DNA from: Opitutia bacterium | Lineage (GTDB): Bacteria > Verrucomicrobiota > Verrucomicrobiia > Opitutales > Opitutaceae | Reading direction: 5' to 3' | DNA: 64,000 nucleotides | Assembly (NCBI GenBank): GCA_947474365.1 | Contig: CANJIU010000009.1 | Span: forward strand, 64,457-128,456 | Made by a program: the position numbers and the translations under genes | Shown here: piece after piece, positions 17,681-27,391 of the stretch | Layout: each line of letters begins with the position of its first letter | How positions within the stretch are numbered: the stretch's first letter is position 1 | Notes under the pieces: model-generated | Database searches by the model: none | What the model was told of the DNA's origin: nothing | Seen by the model: only the letters and a program-made list of their open reading frames with translations

Positions 17681-20488
17681 ATGCCCGCCCACATCGCACA
17701 ACGCGCCAACGAACTCCTCAGGTTCACCGGAGACGTGCCCATCCCGGCCCGGCTGGCGGCGTGCAAGGAATTCCTCAAGGTGGAGATGGCCGGGCTGCAG
17801 CAGCGCCACCGGGCGGGCGCGTCCGGGCTGAAGATTTGCCAGGAACGGTCGCAAATCATCGATGCCCTGCTCACGAATCTCTTCGACTACGCGCTGACGA
17901 CCTACGCCCAGACGCGCGGCATCCAGCCCGCTCCGGTGGCGTTGGTCGCGTTGGGCGGATACGGCCGGCGAGAGCTCTCGCCCTGGAGCGACGTCGACGT
18001 GATGTTCCTTTTCCCCACCAAGACCAAGCCGGCGGAGGCGAAACCGCTCCAGGAGCACCTCACGAACGAGATCCTCTATCTCCTGTGGGACTGCGGTCTC
18101 AAGGTCGGCCACTCGACCCGCACGATCGATGATACCTTCACCGAGGCCCGAAAGGAAATCCTCTCCAAGACCGCGCTCCTAGAGGCCCGCCGCATCTCCG
18201 GATCGGAGAAACTCTACGGCACGTTTTCGCAGGCCTACCGGAGCTACTACGCGAGCGAAAATCCGAAGGACTACATCGCAGCGCGGCTCGACGACCAGGC
18301 CAACCGCCGCGGGAAGTACGGCAACACGGTCTTCAACCAGGAGCCCGACATCAAGAACGGCGTCGGCGGGCTCCGCGACTACCAGAACGCGGTCTGGATG
18401 GCGCGCGTCAAACTCGACATCACCACCATCGACGAGCTCGCCACCCAGAGTTATCTGCGGGCGGACGACCTCGCGGCGTTTCAGCGCTCCTACGATTTCC
18501 TGCTGCGGGTGCGCAATGAGCTGCATTTCATGAGCGCCCGGGCGACAGACGTCATGAGCCTCGATCTGCAACCGCGGATTGCCGAGAACCTGGGCTACAC
18601 GGAAAAGGAGATGCTCCCCCGCGTGGAGCATTTCATGCAGGACTACTACCGGTCGGCGCAGACCATTTTCCGCGTCTCGAAACTGGTGGAGGAGCGGCTG
18701 GCTCTGAGCATCGGCCGCAACGGCAACGGCGACAAGCGCCCGTTTCGCGAGAGCCTGCTGGCAGCCCGTTTCCAGCGCGCGAAGCGCATCGACGGCTTCG
18801 TCCTGCGCGGTCGCGAGCTGGCGGCGGAGACGCCCACGGTGTTTCGCGACGACCCGGTGCGCATAATCCGTGTCTTCCGGCATCTGCAAACGCTGGAGGC
18901 AACGCTCGACTTCCACCTGGCGGATCTCGTCCGCACCTCGCTCCCGTTGCTCACACCGGCGGTGGCCGACTCCGCCGATGCGAGCGTGAGTTTTCGTTCG
19001 ATTCTCTCCGAGGCCGGCGCGGTGCATCCCATTCTCGCCAAGATGCACGAACTGGGTGTGCTCGGCCGGTTCATCCCGGAGTTCGACGCGCTCACCTGCC
19101 TGGTCCAGCATGAGTACTATCACCGGTACACGGCGGACGTGCATACGCTGAACGCCATCCGCGAGCTCGACCGGATTTACACCGAGGCGGAGCCCATCAC
19201 GTTGAAGTACCGGGCGGCGCTCCACGAGACCACCGACACCTCCCTGCTCTACCTGACGCTGCTCCTGCACGACATCGGGAAGGCCGAGGGGATCCGGGGC
19301 CATGCCGAGAGCGGCGTGCGGCTGGCGGAGCCCCTGCTCACGCGCTTCGGCGTGTCACCGGTGGATCGGGACCTGGTGATCTTCGTCATTAAAAATCATT
19401 TGGCGATGGCACGATTCTGGCAGAAGCGCGACGTCGATGATCCCAACACCGCCACTGCATTTGCCGAGCTGGTGGGAGACGCCGAGCGCCTCCGCTACCT
19501 TTACGTCCACACCTTTTGCGACGCCCGCGGCACCGCCGCCGATCTTTGGAACAGCTACAAGGACACGTTGCATACCACGCTTTTCCGCTCCACATTCGAG
19601 CGGCTGAAACATGGCGCCGAAGTCGACGCCGGTCTCCAGCAAAAGAAAAAAATGACCCAACAGGAGCTTATCGCCAAGACCATCCCCGGAATCAGTGCCG
19701 ACGAAATCAACGCGCACTTCGGCCTGCTGCCGGACCGCTATTTCATCCACACCGACGCCGATGAGATTGCCCTGCACATCCAGATGGTGAACCGGCTGCT
19801 CCGGTCGATTACGACGGCGGATTCGGTGGGGTCCCTCCGGCCTGTCATCGAGTGGAAGGATGACCTCAACCGTTCCCTCACGGTGGTGAACGTCGTGACG
19901 TGGGACCGCGCCGGCCTCTTCTACAAGCTCGCCGGCGCCTTCAGCGTGGCGGGCCTCAGCATCCTTGGCTCGAAGGTCATCTCGCGGACCGACCACATCG
20001 CCATCGACACGTTCTATGTCGTGGAACCCGGCCGCGGCCCCGTGCAAAGTGCCAGCGCCCAGGAGAAGTTCGCCAAGACGATTGAGGAGGCGCTCATCGC
20101 CAACCGCGATCTCCTGCCCGACATCATGGCCCAGGCCAAGAAGATCGCCGCGACCCGGTACCTTTCGACGTCGACCGGCGAGACGCTGCACAGCTCCTTT
20201 CCTCCGACGGTTGACGTTTATCACGAGCTCTCGATGGAGCGGACGATCGTGGAGGTGCAGGCTCGGGACCAAATCGGCCTGCTCTATCGTCTGGCCAAGA
20301 CCATGAGCGACCACAGCTTTGACATCACGTTTGCGCGCATCGGGACCGAGCGCGGCGTGGCGATCGACACCTTTTACATCGAAGGCGCGAATCACGAGCC
20401 GGTCGAGACGCCCGAGCGGCTGCATGCCTTGCGCGACGCACTGAACGAGGTCATCGCACCGGCGCCAGCGCCAGTCGCGGCCAAATAG
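17681..20488 (+). CDS. glnD: [Protein-PII] uridylyltransferase/uridylyl-removing enzyme GlnD
   Basis: Nucleotidyltransferase motif GGYGRRELSPWSDVDVMFLF. HD domain (LLHDIGKAEG). Two C-terminal ACT domains. Start moved to MPAHIAQRANELL (ATG 17681) because the upstream ORF extension is low-complexity. Confidence 0.85.
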   Translation: MPAHIAQRANELLRFTGDVPIPARLAACKEFLKVEMAGLQQRHRAGASGLKICQERSQIIDALLTNLFDYALTTYAQTRGIQPAPVALVALGGYGRRELSPWSDVDVMFLFPTKTKPAEAKPLQEHLTNEILYLLWDCGLKVGHSTRTIDDTFTEARKEILSKTALLEARRISGSEKLYGTFSQAYRSYYASENPKDYIAARLDDQANRRGKYGNTVFNQEPDIKNGVGGLRDYQNAVWMARVKLDITTIDELATQSYLRADDLAAFQRSYDFLLRVRNELHFMSARATDVMSLDLQPRIAENLGYTEKEMLPRVEHFMQDYYRSAQTIFRVSKLVEERLALSIGRNGNGDKRPFRESLLAARFQRAKRIDGFVLRGRELAAETPTVFRDDPVRIIRVFRHLQTLEATLDFHLADLVRTSLPLLTPAVADSADASVSFRSILSEAGAVHPILAKMHELGVLGRFIPEFDALTCLVQHEYYHRYTADVHTLNAIRELDRIYTEAEPITLKYRAALHETTDTSLLYLTLLLHDIGKAEGIRGHAESGVRLAEPLLTRFGVSPVDRDLVIFVIKNHLAMARFWQKRDVDDPNTATAFAELVGDAERLRYLYVHTFCDARGTAADLWNSYKDTLHTTLFRSTFERLKHGAEVDAGLQQKKKMTQQELIAKTIPGISADEINAHFGLLPDRYFIHTDADEIALHIQMVNRLLRSITTADSVGSLRPVIEWKDDLNRSLTVVNVVTWDRAGLFYKLAGAFSVAGLSILGSKVISRTDHIAIDTFYVVEPGRGPVQSASAQEKFAKTIEEALIANRDLLPDIMAQAKKIAATRYLSTSTGETLHSSFPPTVDVYHELSMERTIVEVQARDQIGLLYRLAKTMSDHSFDITFARIGTERGVAIDTFYIEGANHEPVETPERLHALRDALNEVIAPAPAPVAAK

Positions 20489-20515
20489 TTCGCGCGAGCC
20501 GCCTGCCGGCGACTT

Positions 20516-22351
20516 GTGCCCAGGCCGGATCCGCCCGCGGTGCGCCCGCCGGGGAAATTCTGGCCAAGGGCGGCGACGTCGCCAAAGGTTACACCCGTGC
20601 CTCACCGTTCCGCTCCCGTGTCCGGAAATTCCAATTACACCGTTCGCAGTCCGCATTACCCGGATTCCCGCGCCCTGCCCGCGCTCTACCGGCTCGCCTC
20701 GCTCGCCACGCGGACGGACGACGCCAAAATCGCGCTCGGGCAGATGCTGGAGCTGTTTGTCGCGACGTTTGGCGCGGATGCCGGCTCAATCGGACTCCTC
20801 AGTCCCGACACCGACCGGATCGAAACCGAAGTCCAAATCGGCACCGAGTCCGACAACTCCGCCGCATTTGGACTGAAGCTCGGCCACGGCATCACCGGAT
20901 GGAGTGTCCTCAACCGCCGCTCGCTGCTCGTGCCCGACGTCACCGTCGAACCGCGGTACATCGCCGTCCGGTCGTCGGCCCGCTGCGAGATGGCGGTGCC
21001 GATCCTCGACGGCGAAAACGTGATTGGGGTCATCGACCTCGAGAGCGACGCCACCGGCTGGTTCAAACCGGCCGACCTCGCGCTCCTGGAACACCTGACG
21101 GGGGAAACGGCAAGCGTCCTGCGCCGCCTTTGGCAGGTGGGTCATCTCAAAAGCAAGGCCAGGCAGCTCGAATCGTTGATTACCGCCGGGCAGTCGCTCG
21201 TGACCAAACTCGACCAGCAGGAACTGTTCGACACCCTCACGCGCGAGGCGCGCAACATGATGCAGGCCCGCGCGTGCGCCCTGTACTTGTACGACGCCGA
21301 GACCGACACCGTGCGGTGCGCCTCCCTGACCAATACGACGCTGACGCCGCCGCCCGCGGGGCCGCTCGCGCTCGGTTCGTGCCTCGTCGCCTCGCCCATC
21401 CACACCCGCCATTCCGTGTGGTTCCCCGACATCCAGTCGCCCGATTTCCGCGAGTTACTCGATCTCCCGGACGACCCGACCCTCCGCTCCGTGCTGGCCA
21501 CCCCGATGTCCTTTGAAGGCGAGGTGCTCGGGGTCGTCGCGATCTTCACCGACCAGATTCACCGTTTTGACAACGACGAGAAGCGCCTGTGTTCCGCACT
21601 CGCCAGCCTCGGCGCCGTGGCGCTGCAGAACGCCCGGCTCTATGCCCGCGTTTTCCAGAGCGAGGACGTCCTCCGGAAGAACGAGCGCCTCACCACGCTC
21701 GGGCTGCTGGCCGCCGAAATCGCCCACGAGATCCGCAATCCCCTCACCGTCCTGAAACTCCTGCACGGCGGGCTCGGCATCGACTTTGGCGAGGGAGATC
21801 CCCGCCGCACCGACATGCGCGTCATCGGCGAAAAGCTCGACCAACTGGAGGCGATCGTCACCCGCGTGCTCAGCTTTGCCAAGGCCCCGTCCAGCCTGCA
21901 TTCGCGCTGGTCCCTCACGGACATCATCCAGGACACCCTGGTGCTCGTCCGCCTCAAGCTGGCGCAGAGCAAGGTCAACGTGCACTTCGACCCGCCGCCT
22001 CGCCCGATCTTCGTCGACGCGCACAAGGCCCAGATCCAGCAAGTCCTGCTCAACCTCCTGCTCAACGCCACGCAGGCGATGCCCGAGGGCGGCACAATCA
22101 CCTTTACCCTCTCAACCGAGAACCGCCCCGGCGCGCACCACGTTTTCGTCGACGTCAGCGACACGGGATCGGGCGTCGCCGAGGCGATTCGCGAACGGAT
22201 ATTCGATTCGTTCCTCTCCGGCCGCCCCGACGGCACGGGGCTGGGCCTCGCGATCGCGAAACGCATTCTCGTCAGTCACCACGGCGACCTCGTGCTGCGG
22301 GAGACGAGCACCACCGGCACGACGATGCGGGTCACGCTCCCGCTTGCTTGA
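20516..22351 (+). CDS. Sensor histidine kinase with two GAF domains, HisKA and HATPase_c
   Basis: Two GAF-like regions. H-box AAEIAHEIRNPLTVL. HATPase G-boxes (DTGSGV, GTGLGLAIAKRI). The true start may lie downstream of 20516, because the N-terminal 40 aa look like translated intergenic sequence. Confidence 0.85.
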   Translation: MPRPDPPAVRPPGKFWPRAATSPKVTPVPHRSAPVSGNSNYTVRSPHYPDSRALPALYRLASLATRTDDAKIALGQMLELFVATFGADAGSIGLLSPDTDRIETEVQIGTESDNSAAFGLKLGHGITGWSVLNRRSLLVPDVTVEPRYIAVRSSARCEMAVPILDGENVIGVIDLESDATGWFKPADLALLEHLTGETASVLRRLWQVGHLKSKARQLESLITAGQSLVTKLDQQELFDTLTREARNMMQARACALYLYDAETDTVRCASLTNTTLTPPPAGPLALGSCLVASPIHTRHSVWFPDIQSPDFRELLDLPDDPTLRSVLATPMSFEGEVLGVVAIFTDQIHRFDNDEKRLCSALASLGAVALQNARLYARVFQSEDVLRKNERLTTLGLLAAEIAHEIRNPLTVLKLLHGGLGIDFGEGDPRRTDMRVIGEKLDQLEAIVTRVLSFAKAPSSLHSRWSLTDIIQDTLVLVRLKLAQSKVNVHFDPPPRPIFVDAHKAQIQQVLLNLLLNATQAMPEGGTITFTLSTENRPGAHHVFVDVSDTGSGVAEAIRERIFDSFLSGRPDGTGLGLAIAKRILVSHHGDLVLRETSTTGTTMRVTLPLA

Positions 22352-22373
22352 GCGCCCTCTCGCAACACAAGAC

Positions 22374-22583
22374 ATGACGCCAACCCCGAACTCCTCCGAG
22401 CAACTCGCCCGGCAGAAACGCACCGTGACGATTCTCGCCGTCGGCCTGATCCTCGGGGGACTGATCGTTCTGCTGGCGTTGAGCCGGATGCCGCTGCCGT
22501 TGCGCATCCTCGTCGGCCTGACGGATCTCGTCGGCGGCGCTGTATTGCTCTTGGTCGTACGCCAGAAATTCTCGGGGAAATAG
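22374..22583 (+). CDS. Small hypothetical membrane protein (69 aa, two predicted TM helices)
   Basis: MTPTPNSSEQLARQKRTVTILAVGLILGGLIVLLALSRMPLPLRILVGLTDLVGGAVLLLVVRQKFSGK. Hydrophobic. Sits in the longer ORF 21786..22583, which overlaps the kinase. Confidence 0.4.
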   Translation: MTPTPNSSEQLARQKRTVTILAVGLILGGLIVLLALSRMPLPLRILVGLTDLVGGAVLLLVVRQKFSGK

Positions 22584-22616
22584 CCCCACCACCGTCGCCG
22601 CCGAGCGGCGCGCAGG

Positions 22617-23189
22617 CTACGGTGTGCCCGCGGGCTGCACCTTCAGGTCCACCATCAGATCGGCGGCGATCTTCTCCAAGTCGGTCCGCAAGTCGGCGAG
22701 TTTGGCGGTCGGCGGCACAAACACCGTCGCGCGCGCCTGGAAGAGCATGCTGCCGTCCATGGGCGCGTTGACGCGCTCGGAGGCGAGTTCCTCCACGTTG
22801 ACACCGTGGGCCGCAAACACGCCAGAAACGCTGCGCAGGATTCCCGGTCGATCGGTGCCCACGAGTTCAACCGTGACCAGCGCCCCACCCTCCCCGGCAG
22901 CACGGCGGTTGCCGCCGCCCGTGGAAGCTCCGGGAGCCGCGGTCACGCCGCCCTCCGCATGGATGATCACACGCAGGCCGTCGACTTCGAGGGTTTGCAG
23001 CGCCGTGACGAGTTCGTCCCGCCGTTCGCGGGTCACCTCGACGCGCAGGATGCCGGCAAACTGACCTCCCAACCGGCACATCCGGCTTTCCAGCCAATTG
23101 CCACCGTGGTCCGCAACGCGGGTCGCCACCATTTGCACCAGACCGGGACGATCCGCCCCGATCACCGTCATCACGAGAGTTGCGAGCAT
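22617..23189 (-). CDS. ACT-domain protein (two ACT domains), glycine-cleavage regulator GcvR-like
   Basis: MLATLVMTVIGADRPGLV... (ACT) and LVTVELVGTDRPGILRSVSGVFAAHGVNV (second ACT). About 190 aa. Confidence 0.7.
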   Translation of the reverse strand: MLATLVMTVIGADRPGLVQMVATRVADHGGNWLESRMCRLGGQFAGILRVEVTRERRDELVTALQTLEVDGLRVIIHAEGGVTAAPGASTGGGNRRAAGEGGALVTVELVGTDRPGILRSVSGVFAAHGVNVEELASERVNAPMDGSMLFQARATVFVPPTAKLADLRTDLEKIAADLMVDLKVQPAGTP

Positions 23190-23263
23190 ACCGAAAACAC
23201 AACCTACCAAAGGCCCGCGGGCAATCCTCCATTAGCCAGGACGCGAGCGGCGCGCGCCGCGGC

Positions 23264-23878
23264 TCACTCCTCGAGTTCCACGTTCCAATACGCGACGTCG
23301 AGAAAGTCCTTCCACTGCTCGTGCTGCTGCGTGCCGAGCACGAGGGAGATCACCGGGCGCCATTTCGGTCGCACCGGCTTGCGAATCAAGCGCATGCTCG
23401 CCTCGTGGGGCAGCCGGTTCGCCTTGCGCGAATTACACTTGATGCAGGAGCAGACGATGTTCTCCCAGGTGGTCTTCCCGCCGTAGTCGCGCGGGATCAC
23501 ATGGTCGAGATTGAGTTGCTCGCGCGGCAGGATGCGGGAGCAGTACTGGCAGGTGTTCTTGTCCCGCTCGAAGACGTTGTTGCGGGTGAGCTTCAGTTCC
23601 TTGCAGGGCAGCTTTTCGAAAAACGTGAGCAGAATCACCCGCGGCAGGCGGATCAATCGGGTCGGCGTGCGCACCGCTTCGCGCGCGGCCCGCGGCGGGT
23701 TGTTCACCGAGAAATCGATCCAATCGAGCATCGAGAACGTGCGAAAATCATCGTCGTGATGATGCACCACCTGCGCATGCCCCCGCGCGAGCAACCCGAA
23801 GGCCCGTCGCGCACCAATGACGTTAACCGCCTGCCAAAGGCGGTTCAGCACGAGCACCGGTTGGTCGAGCGCTGCTTC
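23264..23878 (-). CDS. HNH endonuclease
   Basis: HNH motif CQYCSRILPREQLNLDHVIPRDYGGKTTWENIVCSCIKCNSRK. Start placed at MEAALDQPVL (ATG 23878). The upstream ORF extension is rejected. Confidence 0.8.
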   Translation of the reverse strand, partial: EAALDQPVLVLNRLWQAVNVIGARRAFGLLARGHAQVVHHHDDDFRTFSMLDWIDFSVNNPPRAAREAVRTPTRLIRLPRVILLTFFEKLPCKELKLTRNNVFERDKNTCQYCSRILPREQLNLDHVIPRDYGGKTTWENIVCSCIKCNSRKANRLPHEASMRLIRKPVRPKWRPVISLVLGTQQHEQWKDFLDVAYWNVELEE

Positions 23879-24298
23879 CATACTGGGACACGCCAATAAC
23901 GGGGCGCCCGACGGACTGTCAAGGATGCGGGCAATCCTTCGCGCGCGGCGGGTGCATTTCAATTCCTGGACACTGGGAGTCACGGCTCCAGCAGTTGCAC
24001 GGGATCGGACCGACGGCGTCAGACTGCCCCGTTTAACAGGCTCCCTCCCATCCTTGCGCCGGCGCAAATGACGCGAGCATCGGCGTGGGCAATGGCATCA
24101 GCGCCTTTTGGGCAGGTCGCACTCAAGGGCGACAAGCCGGGCACAGTGGTAGAATGCGTCAATCTGGGGCGGCGGCATTCCAGGGGACGAGCAGGCACGG
24201 TAACGTCCGTGATCCCTTCGTCCGCCCCATTTCGCATGAATGAACGACGATTCATCTCATCTCCGTCCCGACGCAAACCCGGTTAACCTTTTCACCGA

Positions 24299-24712
24299 AT
24301 GAAAACGACCTGCCTGCTCGCGCTCTTCGCCCTCGTCACCTTCTGCGGCGGATGTGCCACCGTCAGCCCGAGGGTGACCAGTGGAATTCGGATCAACCCG
24401 GAAGCCGTAAGCGACATTCTACCCGGGGTGACAACCCGCGCGGAGCTCATCCGTCAATTCCGCCAATGCTTTTTGGGGACACCGCAGTGGACATGGGATG
24501 CCGAGCGAGCGATTGCCTATACGTGGACCACGAGCAACGGGGCGACAGCGCGGTGGTATGGCAAAATCTTGTCGGTGCAGCAAACAGACTGGGCCCTGGG
24601 GATCGTCTTTGATTCATCGGACCGGGTGGTTCGCTACGATTTCTTCAAATCGTCGTCGTCGCCGGAGAAAACCCGCGAGGCCGTGGAGGCATGGATTCAC
24701 GCCAAGTCGTAG
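24299..24712 (+). CDS. Hypothetical lipoprotein
   Basis: MKTTCLLALFALVTFCGGCA lipobox-like signal. 137 aa. Codon usage is less GC-biased than the neighbours. Confidence 0.55.
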   Translation: MKTTCLLALFALVTFCGGCATVSPRVTSGIRINPEAVSDILPGVTTRAELIRQFRQCFLGTPQWTWDAERAIAYTWTTSNGATARWYGKILSVQQTDWALGIVFDSSDRVVRYDFFKSSSSPEKTREAVEAWIHAKS

Positions 24713-24805
24713 CAGGGGTGCGGCTGAGCTGATACCGCCCGAGACTCCGTCACCTCACGCGATCCGTTACCCTTGAAATCCGCGCATAAGGAAGTCGATC
24801 CCTCG

Positions 24806-25294
24806 ATGAACTCACTCCCTCGCTGCCCCCACGTCCGCACCGTTCTCACCGTAGTCGTCGCGCTCCTGTCCCTGGCTGCCAGTCGAGTTACCGCCGTCGC
24901 ACAGACCTTGCCCCCGGGGGCTTCGCTCCAGCCCTTTGCCTTCGCTTCTGCCCGAGCGGCCCTCCCCTCCTTTGCCACAAACAAAGAGCGCCATTTCGAC
25001 TCCGATGTTTTTCTGACCAGTAAGGGGAAAGTCGCACTCGTGATGCCCTGGGCTTTTAATGGATCGAATGCGTGGGTGCTTGGGTTGGTGGGAATTGAAG
25101 CCGCCCTCGTTCTGCACCAAGAAAATGTTCAAAAGCGCGAAGTCGCACGAATCGACGAACAGATTGGGATGGTTGCCCTCACCGACCCGACCCGGGCGAA
25201 AGTTTATCGAACCGAGATGGAACGCGCCATGGCTGGTCGATCAACCAACGTCATGCCAATGCGTGAAAGCTTTCGAGGCACCGTTAGACGATAG
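24806..25294 (+). CDS. Hypothetical secreted protein
   Basis: MNSLPRCPHVRTVLTVVVALLSLAASRVTAVAQ signal-like N-terminus. No recognisable domain. Confidence 0.45.
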   Translation: MNSLPRCPHVRTVLTVVVALLSLAASRVTAVAQTLPPGASLQPFAFASARAALPSFATNKERHFDSDVFLTSKGKVALVMPWAFNGSNAWVLGLVGIEAALVLHQENVQKREVARIDEQIGMVALTDPTRAKVYRTEMERAMAGRSTNVMPMRESFRGTVRR

Positions 25295-25425
25295 CGCGGT
25301 GGCGGTCGCTCGGCTGCGCGTATCTGACCCATGAGCCTGATGTTTGATGGGCCCCATGACCCGCATGGACATTCTCAGTCTTGCCAAGGGCGATGACACC
25401 ATCGCGCCTTGTTCCCAAACCAAGG

Positions 25426-25463
25426 TCGCGGGAGAATGGCAGGCAAAACATTCTCCCGCGACC
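25426..25463. other. Perfect 14-bp stem hairpin (gtcgcgggagaatg / cattctcccgcgac, 10-nt loop) in an unassigned lower-GC stretch
   Basis: Read directly from the sequence. No flanking U-run on either strand, so it is not a canonical intrinsic terminator. Confidence 0.5.
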
Positions 25464-25968
25464 CTCTGCTGTTCACCGATGGGTACGCGTCTCGTCGTGG
25501 TAGTTTATCCGAAAGGTGGGTTGAACCCGGTGCCCGTAGGTCGAGCGTGCTGTGGCAACGAGCGGTCCTGATGCACGGCGGATCGCAGCCTCTGACCGGC
25601 AACTCGAAACGTTTCGCGTCCCTCAGCCCGGGACCTTCAATCCACTCGACTTTGATCTACGCCAAACCTGGGTTGTCGTTAACCGAAATCCTGACACGCG
25701 CGTTTGACCGCCTCATGGATTGCACGAAAAAATCGCACCCCAAAACCTGCAATGCCATGTCTACGTTTTTTGGGGTATGTAGTCTGTAACACGCGGCGAG
25801 TTCCTGAGCTCCCGGAGGTGCAACGTATCCGACCAGCCAGTAGCGGAAGGGCTTGGTGATCGGTTTCGTTGCCGGAGTGGCGGATATATGAAGGGCTTCG
25901 GTGCCGAAGTCGATCATCTGGACCGGCACTTGTCTGAACTTGAAGTCTACGCCTGCAATGGTTGCCGG

Positions 25969-26841
25969 CTAGAGTTTGCTGACCACCGGGGAGACGGGCA
26001 GCGCGAGGTGCAGGCCGGAAATCCGGTTCAGGTCGATGCTGACTTCGCGCGCTTCATTCTCGGCGCGACCGTTGAGTGTCAACCGGAGCGGCGCCGGCGT
26101 GATGCGGAAAAAGAGGCTGCCCGTGACGGTCTGACCGGGCGCGAGCGAAAGCGGCAGGACCAGTCGGCGACGGGTGAATTCCTCCTCGATGCGGTGCTTG
26201 CTTCGGATGTTCATCGCCACGCTCCCGACGGCCACCACCGGCAGGGCAACCACAGCCGCGGTCCCGACGCCGACGGCTGCGGCCCCCGCAGTGGTCATCC
26301 CGCTGAAGAATCCGCCGCTCAACGCCCCCGCGACGGCGACTCCCGCGCCCGCGACCGTGCCCGTTCCCAGCAGCAGCATCGTCTTGGTCTGGTCGGCCGC
26401 GTTGCTCTGCCACCAGGTTTTGCCGGCGCGATCGAGCTTCCAGGGATCTTCACCGGGAGTCACAGGCTCGCTGTGGGCGCTCGCCAACGTGGCGGTCGAG
26501 ATGACGAGCGGTGCTTCGCCGCGATTCGTCAGCGAGACAATATATTCGTCCCAATAGGCCTCGCGCTTCCAGGAGCCGGGGCCTTGGTAAATAATCACGG
26601 TGTGCAAAGTGGCCGCGGCCAATGGCGGCGCCGTGGGAGCTGTCTCGGCGCTGGTAGATGGACCTGGATTGGCCGAAACGATCGGTGCGCTGGAAAGTTC
26701 CAGCGGCACGACAGCGGGCGTGGATTTGTCCGCGAGTTTGTAGCCCCGGGTGACACAGCCAGTGAGCGTGAGGAGGACAGTCGCGGCGCCGATAAAACCC
26801 AGGCAACTGTAAATGAAGGAAGACGCACGGCATGTTTTCAT
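25969..26841 (-). CDS. Hypothetical lipoprotein with Gly/Ala-rich TM-like segment
   Basis: MKTCRASSFIYSCLGFIGAATVLLTLTGC signal/lipobox. Pro/Ala-rich linker. Gly/Ala-rich hydrophobic stretch (GTGTVAGAGVAVAGALSGG...). 290 aa. Confidence 0.55.
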   Translation of the reverse strand: MKTCRASSFIYSCLGFIGAATVLLTLTGCVTRGYKLADKSTPAVVPLELSSAPIVSANPGPSTSAETAPTAPPLAAATLHTVIIYQGPGSWKREAYWDEYIVSLTNRGEAPLVISTATLASAHSEPVTPGEDPWKLDRAGKTWWQSNAADQTKTMLLLGTGTVAGAGVAVAGALSGGFFSGMTTAGAAAVGVGTAAVVALPVVAVGSVAMNIRSKHRIEEEFTRRRLVLPLSLAPGQTVTGSLFFRITPAPLRLTLNGRAENEAREVSIDLNRISGLHLALPVSPVVSKL

Positions 26842-26907
26842 GAAGGGAGCTTAGATGGGGTTGCCCTTCATGCGGGATACTGGGTCGAACCGGATCAGAT
26901 AGACGGG

Positions 26908-27015
26908 CCGGCCACGACCGGGACAGCCCGTGAATTGCTGCCCGCTGCAGCCGCGATCGGGACTATTTGTGAGCCGAGACTAACAATTCACGAAATAACC
27001 CGTTTGGCAGGCATC
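26908..27015. repeat. ~100-bp repeat unit A, with internal inverted repeat ccgtgaattg...caattcacg. Copy 1 of 2.
   Basis: Shares about 80% identity with 27690-27815: ..cccgtgaattgctgcccgctgc..ctaacaattcacgaaataacccgtttggcaggc vs ..tccgtgaattgctagcccgctgc..ctaacaattcacggatagacccttttggcaggc. Confidence 0.7.
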
Positions 27016-27049
27016 CTTTTGCCCCCGGAACGGCCGGAATCGAACGGAC

Positions 27050-27135
27050 GCGACCGCCCTGCCGGCTCCTTGCCGTGTCCATGCCGTGTCCTTGCCGTGT
27101 CCCTTCTGGGCGTTTTCCGGCTGCCGGTCCGGTTT
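27050..27135. repeat. ~90-bp dispersed intergenic repeat (family R2), copy 2. Contains three 10-bp tandem units (cWtgcYRtgtc).
   Basis: cgaccgccctgccggctccttgccgtgtccatgccgtgtccttgccgtgtcccttctgggcg matches 17150-17235 (gagaccgccctgccggctccatgctatgtctatgctatgtccatgctgcgtcccttt) at about 80%. Confidence 0.75.
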
Positions 27136-27212
27136 CCGGCGCCCCCGTTCTGGCCGAACCGCCACACGGCGAGTGCCGCCAGCCGGGCGACCGAGAGCCG
27201 CGGGGCTATGAT

Positions 27213-27268
27213 GATTGGGCTCTCAGCTCTTCGCTCTGAGCTATCGTCTGGCATCGTTCCGGCTCAGG
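27213..27268. repeat. ~50-bp dispersed intergenic repeat (family R1), copy 2
   Basis: gattgggctctcagctcttcgctctgagctatcgtctggcatcg matches 6586-6640 (gattgggctctcagctcttcgctccgagctctcgactgcatgg). Confidence 0.75.
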
Positions 27269-27391
27269 CAACGACCTGCAATCAGCGGATTGGCCTCGTT
27301 GGGCCGGCCGTGAAATCCGGGGTCGGGCGTCCTCTGGCGCCCTTTCGGACCTCCTCTCGTCCTTCACTACCGGTATACTGCCGGGATACTC

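Noticed and set aside
18179-20656. Minus-strand ORFs of 374 and 433 aa
   Set aside because: Antisense to glnD, which has unambiguous NTase/HD/ACT motifs.
22617-23210. Start of ACT-domain protein at 23210 (MVGCVFGMLATL...)
   Set aside because: The internal Met (MLATLVMTVIG) gives a canonical ACT N-terminus, so 23189 is preferred. Either start remains possible.
25344-25929. Small ORFs (75, 126 and 90 aa) in the lower-GC unassigned stretch
   Set aside because: They overlap one another in different frames, have no signal or domain features and have weak codon bias. The region is left unannotated but flagged.
26990-27060. Minus-strand GTTCGATTCC motif (in ggccggaatcgaacggacgcgacc) as a possible tRNA T-loop
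   Set aside because: The flanking bases do not form a 5-bp T-stem, and no acceptor or anticodon arms could be built. The motif is part of the R2 repeat.
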